DNA of 60,369 nt from an uncultured Candidatus Poseidoniales archaeon (lineage in GTDB: Archaea; Thermoplasmatota; Poseidoniia; Poseidoniales; Poseidoniaceae), in assembly GCA_964577145.1 (NCBI GenBank), contig CAZNXM010000007.1:4224-64592 (forward strand), in the 5' to 3' direction. Position numbers and translations under genes: made by a program. The notes beneath the pieces are model-generated. The model was not told the origin of the DNA, made no database searches, and worked only from the letters and a program-made list of their open reading frames with translations. This document shows positions 55,175 to 60,369 of the stretch, piece after piece; position 1 is the stretch's first letter; each line of letters opens with the position of its first letter.

Positions 55175-57505
55175 TCAACGCTGGAATAATTGGTCGATTC
55201 CACACGAAGGGCATGCGACGACCGCTTGATTTACTCCTTCGGGTAATTTGATTGCAAATCCTTTGCCGCAAGCTGTACAATCACTATTCAAACTGTGTGA
55301 CTGAACGACTGGAACCTCTGGTATTTCCGCTTTGGGAGCTGCTTGTGGAAGAGCGATTCCACCGCTCCTAACCTTGCCACTAACAATGGCTGGCTTCTGT
55401 TTTGCAGCACCGGGTGCTAAATCATCTGCAAATGCTTCGAACGCTTCCATAGATAGCGAATGGTCCACACGCCTAATCTGAGGTTGTGCTGGCCTGAATC
55501 CTGCATTTGGATCGGTAGCGATTGTTCCGCCACTTTCTCCATAGATGGAGTTCATTTCTGCGGCTTTGGCATCAACGGCTTTCTGCGCATCGCTCTTCAG
55601 AGTCATTCCTTCCTCAAGACCTGCTAACTGGGTCGCCTTTGCAAATATTGGAATCTTGCGGGTTCGAGCGACCTCAATCAACCGCACCTGAGAATCATAA
55701 TGGGACAGGCCGCCTTGCATCAGTAACTGGATTGCAGCGCCTTGTTGAAGACGGCGATGGCCGAATAATACAACACCAAGAGTAACTAGTGCTACTAGAA
55801 TAACGATGGTTACAATTGCAAATGCGCCTACTGATGTTGGCGGCTCTACTACTTCTATTGTGAAAACGTGGATGTCCGAATTATTCGATGCATCGTAAAC
55901 GGTGAGAGCGATGCTCTTCGTGCCGGTCGTCTCAAAGTTAACTTCGATAGTTTGCCCGACCATATCTGCATCATTTCTTGCATCACCGTCATCATTATCA
56001 TCAATTCCAGGATTCAAATCCCACTCATATCGAAGATTGGCTGGATCATCCCACAAATCGACAGCTGTTCCCTTCAATGTGATGGTGTCACCTATGTGAA
56101 CTTCATTCAATTCATCGAGAGCACTCGTTTCTAATATTGGAATGGTCGAATCGTAGACGACAACTGTGTTATTCACAAATCCAATATTTCCTGAACCATC
56201 AGTCACTGTGAGTTTGATTAAGTGGCTACCAATTTCCGACCAACTAACTGTAATTTGAGTGGCAGATGAAAATGGCTCACCATCAATACTCCAAGAATTT
56301 GAGGAAATCATGTCATCATCGAATGAAGATACTGCGGATAATTGCAGGTCGGCGGTTCTAAGGAGGCGCCACTCGCCATTTAGTCCACGGATTCCATTTC
56401 CTGTGATGACCGCAACTGGAATTTCAAGATCTTGAACCTCTACAATGTGGCTAGTAGTCATGCTCGCACCTGTAGGTGAAGACGCGGTTAGATTGACTGT
56501 TTTCAGCCCTGGAGAATCCCATGAAGCATCGACTATCATTCCACTATCATCCTCCATTCCATCGCCATCAAAATCCCAAGAGAGCGAGGTTACCTGTCCT
56601 AAGCGGTTCGGCGTTGAAAGTGCATTGAGAGTAATTGTCTCGCCAATACTGGTAGTAGCGTTATCATCGTCACTAATTATTGGATTCAGAGGAGGGTCCA
56701 ACTCAACTTCGATTGTGAAATGTAAGGGCGATGATTGACCTCGAGTATCTACTACGAGATTCAATGCCTGTGCGTCCAAGAAAGAAGGTACTGACCAAGA
56801 AAGTGAAGATGTGCCAGCAATATCATCCATTTTTGTTCCACTTAGAAAGAGGTCACCGCCGACTTGGTTATCTGATTGAAGGTAAAGGTCGCCGCTACCA
56901 GAAATGACATCGGTTCTGATGGTAATACCAGTTCCTTCATCAAGAGTTAAGTCACCACCATCAAGAAGGGTTTGCTGTTGCTCAACTTGGAAAAGGAAGA
57001 GGTCGTGTAATGGTGTCCATTGGCCATCTTGAGCAATTGTAATGTCAATGGTAAACCGTGCCCTCATACCGCCTTGGTCGCCCATTCCTTGGTCGCCATC
57101 GTGAGCGGTATTATCAATCACAAGATACCAATTTTTGTCACTGAGTGAAGAAGGAGGGCGCCAATCATAATCATATGAGCCTATAGCACTCTCAAATGAT
57201 GCTTCAGAAACGAATGTGCTTCGATAGGATTGACCTAACTCGTATGGCTCCAATCCATTGGTATTGAATAGCAATGCATCTACAGCATCATCGACGATAT
57301 CAAGGTCGAATTCTAAGACTTGCGAACTAGACCTTGTGCCAATGTCAATGATGAGACAGGTACCTGCATCTACCGCAATTTGGGAATTAATATCGCCGAT
57401 ATCCAAGGTTGAACAATTTGGTGCAGCACGTCCTGAAACCGCACTTGCAGCAGGCGCCAACATGAGGAACACGAGGAGGAGGGCAAGGGTGCGTGCTGGC
57501 CTCAT
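55175..57505 (-). CDS. PKD-domain surface protein with TM helix and cytoplasmic zinc ribbon
   Basis: Signal peptide, PKD-like SWDFDGDG, LTVTDGSGN and YEWDL..LTVYD, TM, then C-terminal CTACG...CPSCG. Confidence 0.85.
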   Translation of the reverse strand: MRPARTLALLLVFLMLAPAASAVSGRAAPNCSTLDIGDINSQIAVDAGTCLIIDIGTRSSSQVLEFDLDIVDDAVDALLFNTNGLEPYELGQSYRSTFVSEASFESAIGSYDYDWRPPSSLSDKNWYLVIDNTAHDGDQGMGDQGGMRARFTIDITIAQDGQWTPLHDLFLFQVEQQQTLLDGGDLTLDEGTGITIRTDVISGSGDLYLQSDNQVGGDLFLSGTKMDDIAGTSSLSWSVPSFLDAQALNLVVDTRGQSSPLHFTIEVELDPPLNPIISDDDNATTSIGETITLNALSTPNRLGQVTSLSWDFDGDGMEDDSGMIVDASWDSPGLKTVNLTASSPTGASMTTSHIVEVQDLEIPVAVITGNGIRGLNGEWRLLRTADLQLSAVSSFDDDMISSNSWSIDGEPFSSATQITVSWSEIGSHLIKLTVTDGSGNIGFVNNTVVVYDSTIPILETSALDELNEVHIGDTITLKGTAVDLWDDPANLRYEWDLNPGIDDNDDGDARNDADMVGQTIEVNFETTGTKSIALTVYDASNNSDIHVFTIEVVEPPTSVGAFAIVTIVILVALVTLGVVLFGHRRLQQGAAIQLLMQGGLSHYDSQVRLIEVARTRKIPIFAKATQLAGLEEGMTLKSDAQKAVDAKAAEMNSIYGESGGTIATDPNAGFRPAQPQIRRVDHSLSMEAFEAFADDLAPGAAKQKPAIVSGKVRSGGIALPQAAPKAEIPEVPVVQSHSLNSDCTACGKGFAIKLPEGVNQAVVACPSCGIDQLFQR

Positions 57506-57545
57506 GGGGGTGCATGGGATGCACCCGACCTTTGAATCTCCCCCT

Positions 57546-58616
57546 TCAGGAAGTCAACCAACCATTCTCGGTTTTGACCATATGTGTTAGGCTGCCATCC
57601 TCTTCCAAACGCAATCTATCTCCGTCACCACAAGCGACGACTGATGCATGAATTGACCTTGCTTCATCAAGTGAAAGAGAATGGTCTTCTAAACGGCCAG
57701 AGTAGTGAGTTAAGGCAAGATGTTTCGCTTCACATGCAACTGCGGTTCTCGCCGCTCCGGCTGCAGTAGAATGCAGATGGTCATCGGCCAATGCAGCATG
57801 AGTCTCAAGGAATGTTGCTTCGTGAATCAATAAATCGCAATCGGTATCGATTGAGCGCTCTGCAGTATCTCCTGAAACAATGACTGAATGGCCTAAGCGG
57901 GGTTCATCTCTGAAATCCTTAGCCAGCAGAGTTTCGCCATCGTGTTGAACGTCTTCGCCATTTGCCAAATTAGTTCTCATTTCCAACGGAAGGCCAGCTG
58001 CCTTCTCCCGATTGAATTTACCAAGACGGTCTGAATTGCTTATCTTCCAGGCAAAAGAAGGAATTGTATGAGCGGTTGTATGAGCGGAAATTTCTGCGCC
58101 CTTGAGAGGTTGAGGAAGTTCCTCCAAAAGTCCCTTTCCAAGTTGATACCACCTCTCACCATCTCCAAGAACAAATGAGAGTTCATATCCTAGAGCTTCT
58201 GTAGTTGCTCCCAAATCAATCCACATATCATATTGGATAACAAGGTCAGAAGGGTCTACTTCGGCTTCACCTTCACCATTGATCAGAGTATCGATGACTT
58301 CAGGACTTGTCGGTCCGATAACAAAGAGCTCATCTTTACGACCATCTAGTGCAAGTGTCTGGAGCCATGGTAATACACCCCAAGTGTGGTCAAGATGTCC
58401 ATGAGTTAGGAGAATCGCTGACAAACGAGAAACTTTGATGCGACGACCAGCATGCTCTTTCATCGCTTTACGATGCTCGACAAGACGGTTCTGGAAACCC
58501 TCGCCACAATCGATTACAACAATCCCTTCTAGAGTTTCTAAGAGAGAGCCTGAAACCGAACGACCTTGGGCAGGACGAGCCGAAGAAGTTCCGAGCACAT
58601 GTAGTTCGAGGGACAT
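57546..58616 (-). CDS. rnz: Ribonuclease Z (tRNA 3' endonuclease, MBL fold)
   Basis: LGTSSARP, IDCGEG, THGHLDH, exosite GKFNREKA, SGDT, LLIHEATF, HST and LTHYSGR. ATG 58616 has a GAGGTG SD. Confidence 0.93.
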   Translation of the reverse strand: MSLELHVLGTSSARPAQGRSVSGSLLETLEGIVVIDCGEGFQNRLVEHRKAMKEHAGRRIKVSRLSAILLTHGHLDHTWGVLPWLQTLALDGRKDELFVIGPTSPEVIDTLINGEGEAEVDPSDLVIQYDMWIDLGATTEALGYELSFVLGDGERWYQLGKGLLEELPQPLKGAEISAHTTAHTIPSFAWKISNSDRLGKFNREKAAGLPLEMRTNLANGEDVQHDGETLLAKDFRDEPRLGHSVIVSGDTAERSIDTDCDLLIHEATFLETHAALADDHLHSTAAGAARTAVACEAKHLALTHYSGRLEDHSLSLDEARSIHASVVACGDGDRLRLEEDGSLTHMVKTENGWLTS

Positions 58617-58626
58617 TTTCGACACC

Positions 58627-58887
58627 TCAATTGCGTAGTGGAATCGGAGTCTTAGGGAACCATCGCAATAGGACAACATCACCTACTGAGCGAACCCAAC
58701 GCCATGGAACAGCGAGATTTACCTTACCTTCAACCAAATCTTCTGGAGTTTCTTTGACGAATAAATGAGTAGCGATATGATCGCCGGCCTCGACAACAGC
58801 ATCGTGTACTGAACCAAGACGTCGACCATCTGGAAGATAGACGTCCATGCCCTTCAGGCTAGTCAATCTCCACTCGTTATCTGACAT
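58627..58887 (-). CDS. PRC-barrel domain protein
   Basis: LTSLKGMDVYLPDGRRLGSVHDAVVE...AVPWRWVRSVGDVVLL. ATG 58887 has a GGAGG SD. Confidence 0.88.
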   Translation of the reverse strand: MSDNEWRLTSLKGMDVYLPDGRRLGSVHDAVVEAGDHIATHLFVKETPEDLVEGKVNLAVPWRWVRSVGDVVLLRWFPKTPIPLRN

Positions 58888-58952
58888 GACAAAGCCCTCC
58901 GCTAAACAGGCGAGGCGAGCGCCCCTCAAAGAACCCAACGGCGACTTTCGGC

Positions 58953-59543
58953 TCACTTGCCGATGTTGCCACGTGCCTTTAGGGATGGGCGCAACTTCTC
59001 TGCACCCTTACCCTTGTTGTGAAGACCGCGTCCGCGCTTGCCAGCACTGGTCTTTCCACGGTATGCTCGTCCCTTGTGATGGGAGTCTGCAATCCAGCCA
59101 AGATCCTTGTCGGACTTGATTGCTGGGTGAGAAGCATCGAGCATGATTATCTCGTAATACTTGTGCTTACCATCTTGGCCAACCCAATAGGAATTGAGGA
59201 CCTCTAGGTTAGGGAAGTGACGGTTAACACGCTCTTCAGCGATGCGCTGAGTATTCTTGGCCATGGTAATTTTGTTGATACCTGCCTTGGATGGCTTGCG
59301 CTTCATGTGGACCTTACTCTTTCGTAGACCACCACGTCGGACACGAGTACGGACAAGAACAACGCCTTGCTTTGCCTTGTATCCAAGGCGGCGTGCGGCG
59401 TCAAGACGTGTAGGGCGCTCAATACGACAGTTTACCGGTTCGCGACGCCACTGGACCATGCGGTCTTGGCGCTGCATATGGGTAATGGTGTCCTTTGGAC
59501 GCTTCCAAGTTGCACGAACGTGCTGGTAGAGACCTTTTGCCAT
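58953..59543 (-). CDS. rpl15e: 50S ribosomal protein eL15
   Basis: WRREP...RIERPTRLDAARRLGYKAKQG, LEVLNSYWVGQDGKHKYYEII and RGKTSAGKRGRGL. Confidence 0.98.
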   Translation of the reverse strand: MAKGLYQHVRATWKRPKDTITHMQRQDRMVQWRREPVNCRIERPTRLDAARRLGYKAKQGVVLVRTRVRRGGLRKSKVHMKRKPSKAGINKITMAKNTQRIAEERVNRHFPNLEVLNSYWVGQDGKHKYYEIIMLDASHPAIKSDKDLGWIADSHHKGRAYRGKTSAGKRGRGLHNKGKGAEKLRPSLKARGNIGK

Positions 59544-59615
59544 TGTACATCAACTGCCCACTAGGAGCATTTCGGCGACTTGACTCCCCTATTTGAATAC
59601 CGCGACGCGACTTTA

Positions 59616-59630
59616 CCCCCCTACGGGGGG
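59616..59630. repeat. Palindromic element CCCCCC-TAC-GGGGGG (copy 3, opposite orientation)
   Basis: 6-bp inverted repeat between the divergent rpl15e and trmH-like genes. Confidence 0.6.
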
Positions 59631-59647
59631 GATTCACTCATGAGGCA

Positions 59648-60358
59648 GTGGTCCATCGGGGGGATGTGTCCCTTCAAATCACCGGAACTGATTCGGTTCT
59701 AAAAGCTCTGAAAGATGGCACAGAAATCAAACTTGTTCTAGTGGATAGAGAAGCGGATTGTCAAGAGATAATCAAATTGTGTGAAAGCAAGGATATTCCA
59801 GTTGTCGAAGGCTCTTCAACCGACTTGTGGAGAATGAGTGCAGACGGGCAACAGGATGCTCTTGCTCTAATCGGCAGAGAGCCGGAAGGAAGCCTTTCTG
59901 AAGTCTTCGAAAGAGAAGGTGCAATCTGGCTTTTTGACGGTGTTGAATACGCTACAAATCTCGGATTTGCAATTCGAACAGCAGAGGTAAGTGGAGCCAC
60001 TGCAGTTCTAATCAATGTCGAGAAAACCCACTCTGAAAGAAGAACGGTTCGAAGAGCAGGAATGAGGGCTAATCGATTCATCCCCGTAGTATATGCGAGT
60101 ACAGAAGAAATACTGGCCGAATGCAATAGAAAGATCGTTGTTGCTGAAGATATCGGTGACAAAGCACCTTGGGATACTGACCTTACAGGGAATGTATTGT
60201 TAGTAGTAGGCGCAGAAAATTCCGGAGTTTCACAAGAAGTTCTCGATGCTGCAGATGAAATAGTCAGACTACCGATGCCAGGATTTGTTCCCTCCTACAA
60301 TCTACAAGTCGCAGTTAGTGCTCTTGCAATCGAAAGATTACGACAAATTGGTGATTGA
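59648..60358 (+). CDS. TrmH/SpoU family RNA 2'-O-methyltransferase
   Basis: NLGFAIRTAEVSG, LVVGAENSGVS and IVRLPMPGFVPSYNLQVA SPOUT motifs, with an L7Ae/L30e-like N-terminal domain. Start is uncertain. Confidence 0.92.
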   Translation: MVHRGDVSLQITGTDSVLKALKDGTEIKLVLVDREADCQEIIKLCESKDIPVVEGSSTDLWRMSADGQQDALALIGREPEGSLSEVFEREGAIWLFDGVEYATNLGFAIRTAEVSGATAVLINVEKTHSERRTVRRAGMRANRFIPVVYASTEEILAECNRKIVVAEDIGDKAPWDTDLTGNVLLVVGAENSGVSQEVLDAADEIVRLPMPGFVPSYNLQVAVSALAIERLRQIGD

Positions 60359-60369
60359 ATGGATTGGCT

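Overview
This is a densely packed archaeal chromosome segment. Gene content and style point to Marine Group II Euryarchaeota / Ca. Poseidoniales (inference): archaeal uS2, eL15, aIF-1A, Taw1 and RIO1-KH genes, an 11-subunit complex I with split nuoJ, an AlkB-like diiron enzyme and many large acidic surface proteins. About 44 credible CDSs are present. They include a MacB/LolCDE-type ABC module, ppsA, a PhoU/PiT phosphate locus, tRNA/rRNA processing genes, a beta-oxidation enzyme, nuoA-D/H-N and two clusters of surface proteins. No CRISPR array, rRNA, tRNA or transposase was seen. Five observations stand out. (1) A solo Cas4/RecB-like Fe-S nuclease has a four-helix membrane domain inserted inside its fold. 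(2) An unannotated box C/D guide RNA has its own promoter, and one guide matches 23S rRNA helix 69 (predicted Cm1920). (3) Single-pass surface proteins carry cytoplasmic Zn fingers, including an S8 protease with a C4HC3 RING/PHD-like tail. (4) NuoI has a Tudor/SH3-like insert in a complex I lacking nuoEFG. (5) At the DNA level there is a TTSAWR TATA variant 28-31 nt before starts, a thrice-repeated CCCCGTAGGGG palindrome and exact zero-gap tail-to-tail gene junctions. All calls come from reading the sequence by eye; no searches were run.
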